A stretch of DNA of 64,000 nucleotides, from NCBI GenBank assembly GCA_964423225.1, contig CAYREE010000002.1, positions 10,278-74,277 on the forward strand. The letters are read 5' to 3'. Origin of the DNA: an uncultured archaeon. GTDB lineage: Archaea > Altiarchaeota > Altiarchaeia > IMC4 > SCGC-AAA252-I15. Shown here piece by piece: positions 9,703 through 19,605 of this stretch. The translations under genes and the position numbers were made by a program. The notes under the pieces are model-generated. The model had not been told where the DNA came from. It was given only the letters and a program-made list of their open reading frames with translations, and did no database searches. The number at the start of each line of letters is the position of its first letter. The first letter of the stretch is position 1.

Positions 9703-10978
9703 CTAGTTTATCATATATGTCTTTATTCAACATGTCCTTGGTAATTCTCTGCATATTAAAAATTGGGGCTCTTCTATTTTTTTTAGTTGGTAGCATATGG
9801 GGTGCATAGAATTCCCAGACTATCTCCCCATCCATTGTGACCTCAAATAACTTTCCTTTATTGCTGTATGTAATCAATGTGTTTCCATTTTCTAATCTTT
9901 GACTTCCGCTCCTTGAATCAGAGTAAAAATCTTTTTTTACATCAGATTCATATTTCCAGATTATTTTTTCTTCTATTGGATTATATTCGATAACCCTCGA
10001 ATAGTTTCTATGATTTCCATTATCAAAGATCAGGATATTTCCATTGTCAATTATGCTTGGATTATGCGGGTAGTCAAGTTCGTTCATACCCCAATACCAT
10101 TTCAAGACCTTTTTTTCGATGTCTAGTATAGCGATCATGTTCAGATGTTTGATGCAGATCAAAAGGTCTCCTCTCTTTGAAATAATTGAATCTTGTTCAA
10201 GATAGTCGACGGTATTAACATGGTATATATCAATCCCATTCTTCATTGATCGCTTATCTGATATACTCAGATTCGTGATGTATGATCCTTCGTCAAGTTT
10301 TTCATGTATCTTTTCAAGTGCATTGTAGTTTATCCTGGAATCTGTTTTTTCTAAAGTGTCATAGATGGATATAATCTCCTTCAATGATCCGTCTGGATTA
10401 AGTTTTGTGATAAGCGTATCCCATATCCTTAATTCAGTGCCGTTAAAGTTTATGTTTTTTAATATATCCTGGATAGCATAGTGGTTTCCATCTTCGTCCA
10501 TATCCATGTCATGGTGATATATCTCATTTTTTTTAAACAATATCTTTGAATCCCAGTCAAGTTTGACTATAGCATTCCTATTAGATAATATTAACAAGCT
10601 ACCGTCTGGAAAGAGCCTGCCATTCTTAAGTTTTTCAATATATTTTTTCGGTACTTTCCAAGAGTGAACAACGTTTCCATCCATGTCTAAGAGTTCAGCA
10701 ATCTCTAGATTAAGGGGTATATACAGGTTATATCCTGGATATGCTTTTTTTAAATCGTATTTTACAACACCTTTCAGATTTAATCCGTCTTCATCTTCAT
10801 CTGTTACGTATGGTAGATACCCTAGACCAAATAGACGTTCGTTTATACTATTTACTAAGCTCTCCTTCCCATTGTCGTTCGAATTGTTAGGTTGATTAGA
10901 TAGCAGGTGATATGTCAGGATTGTCGTAAGTAGGATGAGTGATAATAGATATGTCTTTTTCATTTGTTCTTCAACCAA
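9695..10978 (-). CDS. membrane-anchored arylsulfotransferase (ASST)-like beta-propeller, copy 3 of operon
   Basis: N-terminal TM; YHHD, YHVN, PHNP, LIFDNG, SQRLENGNTLIT. Confidence 0.85.
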   Translation of the reverse strand: MVEEQMKKTYLLSLILLTTILTYHLLSNQPNNSNDNGKESLVNSINERLFGLGYLPYVTDEDEDGLNLKGVVKYDLKKAYPGYNLYIPLNLEIAELLDMDGNVVHSWKVPKKYIEKLKNGRLFPDGSLLILSNRNAIVKLDWDSKILFKKNEIYHHDMDMDEDGNHYAIQDILKNINFNGTELRIWDTLITKLNPDGSLKEIISIYDTLEKTDSRINYNALEKIHEKLDEGSYITNLSISDKRSMKNGIDIYHVNTVDYLEQDSIISKRGDLLICIKHLNMIAILDIEKKVLKWYWGMNELDYPHNPSIIDNGNILIFDNGNHRNYSRVIEYNPIEEKIIWKYESDVKKDFYSDSRSGSQRLENGNTLITYSNKGKLFEVTMDGEIVWEFYAPHMLPTKKNRRAPIFNMQRITKDMLNKDIYDKLGG

Positions 10979-12221
10979 TGTCTTCTTTTAATATGGATTT
11001 TGGATATCTTGTTAGCCTTGTCACAAGAGCTCTTTTATTTTTTGACTTTAGGCGGTCTGGGCTGAGGAAATCCCATACTATCTCACCGTTTTTCGTTACC
11101 TCGAATGCTCTGCCTTTTGTTGATTCGGTTATCAGTGTATTTCCATTAGGTAGTCTCTGGTTTCCTCCCACAATCATAGAGAAGAATGTATCTGGAGGTG
11201 TTCCCGTGTAGTTCCAAACAATGGATTGTGAATATGGATTTAATTCCAGTATCATTGAATGAGCTCTTTTTTTAAGGTCTCCATTATCGAATAACAGGAT
11301 ATTATTTGAGGGTAGAATTGTCGGATGATGAGGGAATAAAAGTTCTTTACCCCAACTCCAGCTTATCTTCTTGTTATGAACATCTAATATCACAACAGCT
11401 GGTCGAAGATGTCTGAATCCAAGGATGAGCTCTCCCTTATATGCTATTCCTATGTTTCTATCGAGCATCTCTATAGTATTGGCGTGGAAAGGATCCAGTG
11501 CTTTTTCTTGTTTATCCTTATACTTAACCATCATCCTCATATTGAATTTATATCTTTCAGAAATAGGGTGGTCTTCGAACAAATCGTATAAAGAAACCTC
11601 TTTTATTGGACTGCCATCCTGATCAAGTATTTTTATCGCATTGTCTTGTACGCGTAATGTACCATCTCCTATCGTGATGTTCCTTTGTCTTATAACGAGT
11701 GTATATATGTAGTTTTTCTCTGAGATTGTAATATCATGGTGGTATGAGTCGTAATCCGACCAGAGTATGTTTGAATCCCAGTCTAGCTTGAATAAGCCCT
11801 TCCCTTTTCTAGAGATTGTTATTACATATACGCTCCCATCCCCGGTTAGTTCAGCCCATTCGATTACCGGATTATCCTCAGCAGGCAATCGCCAAGTATG
11901 TAGGATGTCCCCATTCATATCTGTTAGGTACATCTTGTTGAGTGTCTGTGGCGCATAGAAGTTTAATCCATCATATGCTCGTCTTTTATCATAGTATATT
12001 ACTCCAGTCTTGTTCGGAATTGTCTTTTCATCCACATAATCGATATAGCCGATGTCGTATAGAATCTCACTGAGATCAACATTTTCTTCGCCACTAGGTG
12101 TTTTTAATGGATTGGACTTAATGCTGGGTGGATAAATGAAGTAATAAAATGTAACATATATACTTGTTATTATCACTATCCCTGTTATGATAAGTAGTGT
12201 ACCTAGTATTTTCCGGTCCAT
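10971..12221 (-). CDS. membrane-anchored ASST-like protein, copy 2
   Basis: TM; YHHD, FHAN, PHHP, LLFDNG, NQRLPNGNTLIT. Confidence 0.85.
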   Translation of the reverse strand: MDRKILGTLLIITGIVIITSIYVTFYYFIYPPSIKSNPLKTPSGEENVDLSEILYDIGYIDYVDEKTIPNKTGVIYYDKRRAYDGLNFYAPQTLNKMYLTDMNGDILHTWRLPAEDNPVIEWAELTGDGSVYVITISRKGKGLFKLDWDSNILWSDYDSYHHDITISEKNYIYTLVIRQRNITIGDGTLRVQDNAIKILDQDGSPIKEVSLYDLFEDHPISERYKFNMRMMVKYKDKQEKALDPFHANTIEMLDRNIGIAYKGELILGFRHLRPAVVILDVHNKKISWSWGKELLFPHHPTILPSNNILLFDNGDLKKRAHSMILELNPYSQSIVWNYTGTPPDTFFSMIVGGNQRLPNGNTLITESTKGRAFEVTKNGEIVWDFLSPDRLKSKNKRALVTRLTRYPKSILKEDIG

Positions 12222-12272
12222 TATAACACAACCTAATTATTACTACTTTTTTTTTATCCCAATATTTATGAA

Positions 12273-13463
12273 CTATTCTCTATGATCAATTGTTTCAATA
12301 CTCTTTTTTTCTAAGCGGTTCATCCGTGAAATCACAGCCCTTTTTTTATTATGTTTCTCTGGAACAAAAAATTCCCATACTTTCTCCCCTCTAGCTGTTA
12401 CTTCAAATACTCTTCCTTTATTGGATTCGGTTGGTAGGCGTTGGTTTCCACCCCGTGTAGACGTGTAAAACCGTTTTAATGGTTTTTCCTTGTATTCCCA
12501 TACGATCTCTTCTCTATTCGGATCGTATTCGATTATCCGAGAATATTTCCTACTTATTCCATTATCAAATACGAGGATGTTACCATTTTCAAGTACTGTT
12601 GGATGGTGTGGCCAGTCAAGTATTTTCTCCCCCCAAGTCCATTTCACAACCTCTTTTTTCGGATCGATTATAGCAATCATATTCATCTTTTTAAAGCATG
12701 TTATGATATCTCCCTTCTTTCCAACTCCAATATCCTCATTGATTATCTCTATCGTATTTGCATGGAATATATCCGGTCTTTCCTTCCGGTTTTTTCTAGC
12801 TTTTTTAAGGATTTTACTTTTTACATTATCATTTGAAGCATCGTAGACAGATATTTTTTTCAGTATTTTTCCATTTTTAGAGAGGATCACTATTTGATTA
12901 TCTATTATCTTGGTTTTTCTACCGGTTTTCTCGTTTATTATCCTTCTTTTTTTATGTGTGAGTCCATAGACTTTTCCATCATCGTTAATCGCTATGTCAT
13001 GATGATACTTCCCTTTCACAGTCCATTGGATCTCTGATTTCCAGTCTAGTTTAATTAAGTTCTTATTCATATTGATGGCAATTAGGTTCCCGTCTACATC
13101 TGTTTCTGCATATGTTATATGTGATGAGTAAGCCTTTGGGATAGACCATTTATGCATTAGATTACCTTCCATATCGATGAGATATGTAGTTTTTTCACCA
13201 ATTGGCGTATAGAGGTTATAACCATCATATGCGTGTTCTTTATCGTATAATGTTACCCTATTTTTTCCTGGATTATGTTCATCAACAACATATGGTAGAT
13301 AACCTATGGCTTCAAGCCGCTTCTTTATGAGGTCATCAGTCTCAATCTTATCCGTCGTTTCCACGTCAATAGGGTAATAATCCTCTTCAGTTGGATTATT
13401 TGACGCAAATATGATTGCGGAAATGATTATGACTATCAGAATTATCCACCATTTATACACCAT
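12273..13463 (-). CDS. membrane-anchored ASST-like protein, copy 1 (6-aa in-frame gap in last blade)
   Basis: TM; YHHD, FHAN, PHHP, LVFDNG; NQRLP-TESNKG lacks NGNTLI. Confidence 0.85.
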   Translation of the reverse strand: MVYKWWIILIVIIISAIIFASNNPTEEDYYPIDVETTDKIETDDLIKKRLEAIGYLPYVVDEHNPGKNRVTLYDKEHAYDGYNLYTPIGEKTTYLIDMEGNLMHKWSIPKAYSSHITYAETDVDGNLIAINMNKNLIKLDWKSEIQWTVKGKYHHDIAINDDGKVYGLTHKKRRIINEKTGRKTKIIDNQIVILSKNGKILKKISVYDASNDNVKSKILKKARKNRKERPDIFHANTIEIINEDIGVGKKGDIITCFKKMNMIAIIDPKKEVVKWTWGEKILDWPHHPTVLENGNILVFDNGISRKYSRIIEYDPNREEIVWEYKEKPLKRFYTSTRGGNQRLPTESNKGRVFEVTARGEKVWEFFVPEKHNKKRAVISRMNRLEKKSIETIDHRE

Positions 13464-13590
13464 TTTTCCCCATCTTCCCTTGATTTTTTTTAAATGTATT
13501 ATTACTGTTTATAACAGTGTAAAAAACGGTTTTACGGTTTTTTAACTTCACACCTATTCTTAACCCATATTCACTTATGAGGGATGTTTT

Positions 13591-14805
13591 ATGATTGACG
13601 GGATACGAACTATAGACGACTATGATTTCAAAGGAAAAACCACGATTCTCCGACTTGACCTGAATACCCCGATTGATCCAGAGACTGGGGGATTCCTAGA
13701 GGACAGGCGGATGAGATCTCATGTTCCAACAATACAGGAACTTGCAGACAAGAAGGCGAAAGTTGTATGCCTTGCGCATCAGGGAAGAGCGGGTGAGCCA
13801 CAGTTCACCACACTCGAAAAACATGCAAAACATTTAAGCAAATTACTTGATACGAATGTAAAATATGTTGAAGATATTTTCGGCCCTACAGCACGGACCG
13901 AGATAAAGAACATGCAGGATGGAGAAATACTTTTACTTGATAATGTTCGGATTTATTCTGAAGAGGCGCTTGAGAGACCTGCTGACGTACAGTCGACGAC
14001 GTTATTGGTTAAGAATATCGCACCTCTTGCCGATGCTTTTGTGAATGATGCTTTTGGTACTGCGCATCGCAGCCAGGCTTCAACTGTTGGTTTTACTAAA
14101 TTATTGCCAAGTTATGCTGGTAGACTCATGGAAAAAGAAGTGAGGGCGTTAGGTGATGTTATGAAAAGCCCTAAAAAGCCTCTTGTATTCATTTTAGGTG
14201 GTGCGAAAGTCAAGGATTCTATGCGGATCATGAGTAAGGCGTTAAGAAGTGGGGTTGAAACGATACTTACTGGTGGTGTTCTTGCGAATGTTTTTCTTGC
14301 TGCAATGAATTATCGTCTTGGTGAACCATCTATCGAGTTCATCAGAGGTAAGAATTTCATAGACCAGATTGATATTGGCAGAAGGTTGCTTGAGGAATAT
14401 CCGGATCAGATTGTTTTACCAATTGATCTTGCTATCGATAAGAAGGGTGAGAGAGTCCAGATTGATCTACATGAGCTTCCTCAGAATTATCGGATAGTTG
14501 ATGTTGGTGAGAAGACGATTGAAAAATATATTTCGGTAATCAACAGTGCGGGAACAGTTTTCATTAATGGTGCTTTGGGTATCTATGAGACCCCCGTGTT
14601 CGCAAAGGGTACTGAGGAAGTGATAAAGTCGATTGCAGACTCAAGTTGTTTCTCTGTTGTTGGTGGCGGTGATACTGTTGCTGCTGCAAGGAATCTTGAT
14701 GTTGAGGATAGGATAACTCATGTGAGTACTGGTGGTAAGGCGTCTATTGATTTCCTTGCTGGTGTCAGGCTTTCTGCAATAGAATGCTTAAAAGAGTCTG
14801 GTTAG
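13591..14805 (+). CDS. pgk: phosphoglycerate kinase
   Basis: RLDLNTP, AHQGR, NDAFGTAHR, GGAKV, VSTGG. Confidence 0.97.
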   Translation: MIDGIRTIDDYDFKGKTTILRLDLNTPIDPETGGFLEDRRMRSHVPTIQELADKKAKVVCLAHQGRAGEPQFTTLEKHAKHLSKLLDTNVKYVEDIFGPTARTEIKNMQDGEILLLDNVRIYSEEALERPADVQSTTLLVKNIAPLADAFVNDAFGTAHRSQASTVGFTKLLPSYAGRLMEKEVRALGDVMKSPKKPLVFILGGAKVKDSMRIMSKALRSGVETILTGGVLANVFLAAMNYRLGEPSIEFIRGKNFIDQIDIGRRLLEEYPDQIVLPIDLAIDKKGERVQIDLHELPQNYRIVDVGEKTIEKYISVINSAGTVFINGALGIYETPVFAKGTEEVIKSIADSSCFSVVGGGDTVAAARNLDVEDRITHVSTGGKASIDFLAGVRLSAIECLKESG

Positions 14806-14842
14806 GGACATTTTTATATGTCTCTTCCCACATTCTATCAAG

Positions 14843-15007
14843 ATGAGCGACCTTGAATTTCTGATACCAAAGAACATTCCTGTATGGGAGATTGTGGTCA
14901 TAATGTGTGCAGCGTTTGCAATGCTTCTTGTATTCATCCTCTGGTATTTTTTCGGATATGAGTTGGTTGTCCTACCCTCGGGGCCTAGTGTCATGAATTC
15001 GGTATAG
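14843..15007 (+). CDS. small single-TM membrane protein, 54 aa (not in ORF track)
   Basis: MSDLEFLIPKNIPVWEIVVIMCAAFAMLLVFILWYFFGYELVVLPSGPSVMNSV; co-oriented between pgk and the GT gene. Confidence 0.6.
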   Translation: MSDLEFLIPKNIPVWEIVVIMCAAFAMLLVFILWYFFGYELVVLPSGPSVMNSV

Positions 15008-15045
15008 GATAATCATGTTTTAATTCTTAAACCAATTTTAATATT

Positions 15046-16224
15046 ATGGATATTAGTCCTAGAGAAATATTTGCATTCCTTTTTTTCATTTTAATCTTGT
15101 CGTTAGTCTTTTATACAAACTTGATTCCAGTCGTTTATCATGGTGATGAAGGTGGTTGGATTACTAGTGGAGTGCTTTATTACCAGATGTTTTTCATTGA
15201 TAGGCAATTTGATCCGGTTGAATGGTATTATTCTAATCCTGGAAAGTATGCTTTTGGAGCTATGAATCCTCCAGTTGCTAAATATTTTATCGGCTGGTCT
15301 GTTAACGATTTGGTGGGTGAGGATTTTAATTATTTCTATGCTTTTACAAATGATCGTGATTGGAACTATGAGCATGGACGCATGCCTCCTGAAAATGTTT
15401 TATCATCTGCACGAGGTATTGCATTAGTCTTTTCATTTCTTGCTCTTTTACTCTACTGGATTTCTTTAAGGAGATTGTTTGACTATAGGGTCGCACTTGT
15501 ATCCTGTCTTCTAGTACTCTTCAATACACAGTTTTTAAAGAATGCTCGTCGTGTGATGACTGAACCCTTTTTCTTCTTTTTTTGGGCTATCACGCTCTTT
15601 CTGATCGTCTTCTTTTATGTTCGTAAGGATAGGATAAGGCTGGTATATCTGTTTTTTGCAGGGATCGCTGCAGGGCTATGTTTTTCTTCAAAGCTTCTTG
15701 GTGCGTTCTTCCTAATGGTTGTTTTGACAATCTTATTCCTTGATACTATTCATTCAAAAGAGTATATCGGACTATTATGTAAAACCATATTATTCCTAGC
15801 ATCATTCTCCCTGGTTTTTATCTTGGTGAATCCCTTGTTTTATCCTTGTGATTGTCCAAACATCGGCTCAGTTCCAGAACGGTTAATTAGCATGATAGTA
15901 TATTGGATGCAACGATTCCCATCTGAAAACATGGGTATTGTAGACCGGCTAGGATTCATGTTTATCAATAATTCCACCATGTTTATTGATGGATTGATTG
16001 GACTTGCTGGGTTCATCTATCTGTCTAATATCTTGTATCGCAAACGTGATTTACAGGATATACGGGTAATAGCTCTTGTATTGTTTTTCTATAGCATACT
16101 CCTTGGCTTCTTTATGCAGCTTAAATTCCTTAGATGGCATCTATTCATGCACTGGGCTATCTCCCCTCTGGCAGGGTACATGATTGTTGAATTGATAGAC
16201 AAGGTGCGAAATCATAGAGGATAA
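15046..16224 (+). CDS. GT-C fold glycosyltransferase (ArnT/PMT-like, family 39/83)
   Basis: HGDE motif after first TM, NPPVAKY, many TM segments. Confidence 0.8.
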   Translation: MDISPREIFAFLFFILILSLVFYTNLIPVVYHGDEGGWITSGVLYYQMFFIDRQFDPVEWYYSNPGKYAFGAMNPPVAKYFIGWSVNDLVGEDFNYFYAFTNDRDWNYEHGRMPPENVLSSARGIALVFSFLALLLYWISLRRLFDYRVALVSCLLVLFNTQFLKNARRVMTEPFFFFFWAITLFLIVFFYVRKDRIRLVYLFFAGIAAGLCFSSKLLGAFFLMVVLTILFLDTIHSKEYIGLLCKTILFLASFSLVFILVNPLFYPCDCPNIGSVPERLISMIVYWMQRFPSENMGIVDRLGFMFINNSTMFIDGLIGLAGFIYLSNILYRKRDLQDIRVIALVLFFYSILLGFFMQLKFLRWHLFMHWAISPLAGYMIVELIDKVRNHRG

Positions 16225-16227
16225 ATT

Positions 16228-16551
16228 TTATTTATCAAGATCTTTAACAAGCTTTTTTAGATATTTTAATCCTTCATTAAGTGTTTTATGACCTGATTCA
16301 GTTATCTTATAATACTTTCTCTGTCTGTTGTCAATGAGCTTCCATTCAGTTTTCACATAGCCTTCAAGTTCTAGTCTGTAAAGGACCATGTATGCGGTTA
16401 CTTTACCGATCTCGAATCCGAACCGTTTTTCGACCTTTTCCTTGACTTCATATGCGTATACTGGTCCTTTTTCCATTAATGAGAGGATATAGACCCATAG
16501 TACATCAATAGTCGTCTTATCCTTCAGCCTTCTTAACGGTGGATTATCCAT
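16228..16551 (-). CDS. PadR-family transcriptional regulator
   Basis: YAYEV, YMVLYRLE.EGYV, RKYYKITESG. Confidence 0.93.
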   Translation of the reverse strand: MDNPPLRRLKDKTTIDVLWVYILSLMEKGPVYAYEVKEKVEKRFGFEIGKVTAYMVLYRLELEGYVKTEWKLIDNRQRKYYKITESGHKTLNEGLKYLKKLVKDLDK

Positions 16552-16592
16552 TTTAGTAATATTTTATGACCGTGAAATATTTAAATACTAAA
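16552..16592. promoter_or_regulatory. imperfect inverted repeat in the padR/ino1 divergent promoter (candidate operator)
   Basis: TTTAGTA-ATATTT-TATGACCGTG-AAATAT-TTAAA-TACTAAA. Confidence 0.35.
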
Positions 16593-16617
16593 TAACCTGT
16601 ATTATTAATTGATAAAG

Positions 16618-17703
16618 ATGAAGAAGATCAATGTAGCGGTCATTGGGGTGGGTAATTGTGCATCCTCTTTGGTGCAAGGAGTTGAATATTACAAGAGCAT
16701 AGATGCCAATGATCCTCTCATACCTGGATTAATGCATAATGTCATTTCTGGATATAAGATAGACAGTATAAACTTCGTGTCTGCGATTGATGTCGACTCT
16801 AAGAAAGTTGGCAAGGATCTGAGTGAGGCAATCTTTACAGATCCGAATTGTACTGTGAAGTTCTCTGATGTTCCAAACTGGGATGTCGAGGTCAAGAAAG
16901 GACCAGTACTTGATGGTGTAACAGACCTTACTAAGGACAAGTTCGTGGTTGATCAAAAACAAAAGCCAATTGATGTTGCTAAAGAGCTTCGGGATAGTGG
17001 CGCAGAAATTGCGGTATGTTATCTTCCTGTTGGGTCGGAGCAAGCCGTCAATTATTATGCTAATGAATGTCTTAAAGCTGGTGTTGCATTAATCAATGCG
17101 ATACCCGTATTTATTGCATCTAATAAAGATTGGGCAGATAAATTCCAGAAGGCTAAAATTCCGGTTATTGGTGATGACATTAAAAGCCAGGTTGGCGCAA
17201 CCATAGTCCATAGGACATTAACAAGATTGTTTGTTGACCGTGGAGTCAAGTTGGATCACACTTATCAGTTGAATGTTGGTGGTAACACAGACTTCTTGAA
17301 TATGTTGGAGCGTACAAGGCTTAAAAGCAAAAAAATCAGCAAGACGCAGAGCGTACAATCCCAACTACCCACGCAGATGCCGGCTGAGGACATACATATC
17401 GGTCCAAGCGATTATGTGCCTTTCCTTGATGATAAAAAACTCTGCTTCATTAGGATGGAGGGGAGAAAATTCGGTGATGTACCTATTAACATTGAGTTGC
17501 GTCTGGATGTCGAGGATAGTCCGAACTCTGCAGGTGTTATTGTTGATGCGGTAAGGTGTGCGAAAATCGCTTTGGATCGTGGGATTGGAGGTCCATTATA
17601 CAGTCCCTCAAGCTATTTTATGAAAAGTCCACCAATACAATATACTGATACGGTAGCAAGGGACATGGTAGAAGAATTCATTCAGAAAAAAAGAGAAAGG
17701 TAA
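16618..17703 (+). CDS. ino1: myo-inositol-1-phosphate synthase
   Basis: [41 protein letters not shown]. Confidence 0.97.
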   Translation: MKKINVAVIGVGNCASSLVQGVEYYKSIDANDPLIPGLMHNVISGYKIDSINFVSAIDVDSKKVGKDLSEAIFTDPNCTVKFSDVPNWDVEVKKGPVLDGVTDLTKDKFVVDQKQKPIDVAKELRDSGAEIAVCYLPVGSEQAVNYYANECLKAGVALINAIPVFIASNKDWADKFQKAKIPVIGDDIKSQVGATIVHRTLTRLFVDRGVKLDHTYQLNVGGNTDFLNMLERTRLKSKKISKTQSVQSQLPTQMPAEDIHIGPSDYVPFLDDKKLCFIRMEGRKFGDVPINIELRLDVEDSPNSAGVIVDAVRCAKIALDRGIGGPLYSPSSYFMKSPPIQYTDTVARDMVEEFIQKKRER

Positions 17704-17704
17704 A

Positions 17705-18319
17705 ATGCTCAGGTCAAGATACTCAGAACAAGCGGCATCATGGAATGTTAGGGTCGGTCTTGTTTTCTCAAGGCTTGGTGTTCCAGCTAATACCTGGACT
17801 GTATTATCACTATTGCCTGCATTCTTGGGAGTCATATGCCTCTATTATAAACAGTTGTTCCCCGGATTCATATTGTTCCTCATATCTGCTTTTATTGACA
17901 TCATTGATGGAAATGTTGCGCGTGTCACAAAAAGCGTATCTAGTTTTGGAGCATTTCTCGATGGTTTGATAGACAGATATGTTGAGATATTATTATATCT
18001 TGGCTTATGGTTCTACCTTGATGGCGGACCAACTTTTATAATCTCATCAAGCCTTTGGATAATCCTACTTGTATATAGTGCGATAATGCCCTCTTTTATA
18101 ACCGCTTATGCAGACCATCGAAAGGTTATCACAGAACCTGAACAACACAAGGAGATGGGAGGACTAGTTGAACGGTTTGAACGCCTTATAATAATCTATG
18201 CAGGAATGGTTTTAGGCCTTCTTAACCCTGTCTACCTATTATATTCGATAGTAATTGTCGTGATATTATCTAATATTACGGCCATTCAGAGGATCAAGTA
18301 TGTTTTTAAACATGCCTAA
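17705..18319 (+). CDS. CDP-alcohol phosphatidyltransferase (likely archaetidylinositol phosphate synthase)
   Basis: DIIDGNVAR..FGAFLDGLIDR signature; operonic with ino1. Confidence 0.88.
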   Translation: MLRSRYSEQAASWNVRVGLVFSRLGVPANTWTVLSLLPAFLGVICLYYKQLFPGFILFLISAFIDIIDGNVARVTKSVSSFGAFLDGLIDRYVEILLYLGLWFYLDGGPTFIISSSLWIILLVYSAIMPSFITAYADHRKVITEPEQHKEMGGLVERFERLIIIYAGMVLGLLNPVYLLYSIVIVVILSNITAIQRIKYVFKHA

Positions 18320-18358
18320 TAGCTTTTTAATGCTTTTTTACCTCTAAATAATTCCAAA

Positions 18359-18688
18359 ATGAATGATGATCTAACACCAAAGAAAATAGTGAATATACTG
18401 ATTGAAAAACATGATAGATTCATCAGTGAATATTCTAGTGACATGGAGCGATGGGAGCGTATTAATATGCTCAAGGAGAAGAGGGATCAGTTGTTGTATT
18501 GGATAGAGGATGATAAGGAAGGTAAGTTTTCCCAGGAATTTGAGGATTGTTCAAAGGAGCTTGAGGGATTGGAGGATCAGATGAGCATTTCTTCTCTAGC
18601 ACAATATAAGAATAATAAGCAGGCAGTTGCTTCGCATAAGGTAGCCAAGAAATATTGGCTTAAGGCATTGAAGGAGTTATCGTCATGA
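18359..18688 (+). CDS. small coiled-coil hypothetical protein
   Basis: charged helical sequence; ATGA overlap with next gene. Confidence 0.7.
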   Translation: MNDDLTPKKIVNILIEKHDRFISEYSSDMERWERINMLKEKRDQLLYWIEDDKEGKFSQEFEDCSKELEGLEDQMSISSLAQYKNNKQAVASHKVAKKYWLKALKELSS

Positions 18689-19605
18689 ATGAGCGTGAAC
18701 TAAAGGATAAGGTTGAAGTATTTCGCCGTGAGATATCCAAGTATAATAAGGAGATACAGGGTATTGTTCGGGAGATGCGTGTTCACCAGAAAGAGGCATC
18801 GAAGTTAAAGTCGCTTCGTGATGAGAGTAATGAGAAATGCAAGAATCTCTCGCAGAAGGCTAAGGAGCTTAGGGATAAGCGTGATGAGCTTAATATGAAG
18901 ATTGCTTCAATGAAGGATGAGCGCGGTAAATTGAGTGGTAAGGTCAAGTCTTTAAGCGGTGATATCAAGCAGTCTAAGGAGAGGCGGGATGAGCTTAATA
19001 AGGCTGCTCATGGTACTGGGAAGGCTCTTTCAAAGAAATATGAGAAGACTTTGAATGCATTGTTGACTGAGGATATTCCATTATCGCAGGAGAAGCGTTT
19101 TTTTGAAAGCATATTTAAGATCCGGGAGAGGCTTGCCGCGGCTGAGAAGGCGAATGTTTTACATCAGAAGGTTGTTGAAACCTATGAAGGATTGAAGGAA
19201 GTTGACACTGAGATTGATGGGATCTCTAGTGGAATTCGTGCTTTGGCTGATGAATCTGAAAAGTTCCATAAGGAGGCTATCCAGGTTTATCGTTCATTGG
19301 ATGAGATACGTAAGAAGGGTGATTCTTATCATAAACAATTGTTGGAGAAATATGCTTTGATCGATCCATTAAGGGATACGATCACTGATCTTAGAGAGAA
19401 GATAAAGGGTGTTGAAGAAAAGATGTCTCCGTTTGCATCCGAGCTTGATGGGATTAAGGCTGAGAAAGAGGCTGAGAGAAAGACTCAGAAGGCGTCGGAG
19501 GCAAAACAGAAGTTAAAATCCAGTAAGAGAATATCTTTTAATGATTTCAAGGCTATTATGGAAGTCGACGGTCTTGATGAGTCTGAGAAACCGTCAGGAA
19601 GTTAG
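18685..19605 (+). CDS. archaeal coiled-coil protein (COG1340-like)
   Basis: repeated RDELN and H.K/E heptads. Confidence 0.8.
   Translation: MNERELKDKVEVFRREISKYNKEIQGIVREMRVHQKEASKLKSLRDESNEKCKNLSQKAKELRDKRDELNMKIASMKDERGKLSGKVKSLSGDIKQSKERRDELNKAAHGTGKALSKKYEKTLNALLTEDIPLSQEKRFFESIFKIRERLAAAEKANVLHQKVVETYEGLKEVDTEIDGISSGIRALADESEKFHKEAIQVYRSLDEIRKKGDSYHKQLLEKYALIDPLRDTITDLREKIKGVEEKMSPFASELDGIKAEKEAERKTQKASEAKQKLKSSKRISFNDFKAIMEVDGLDESEKPSGS

Noticed and set aside
13504-13545. ACTGTT-n3-AACAGT palindrome and ACGGTTTT direct repeat upstream of pgk
   Set aside because: Short and AT-rich, with no second copy or adjacent regulator.
14788-14994. 68-aa minus-strand ORF in the track
   Set aside because: Overlaps the end of pgk and is antisense to a more plausible TM-encoding plus-strand ORF.
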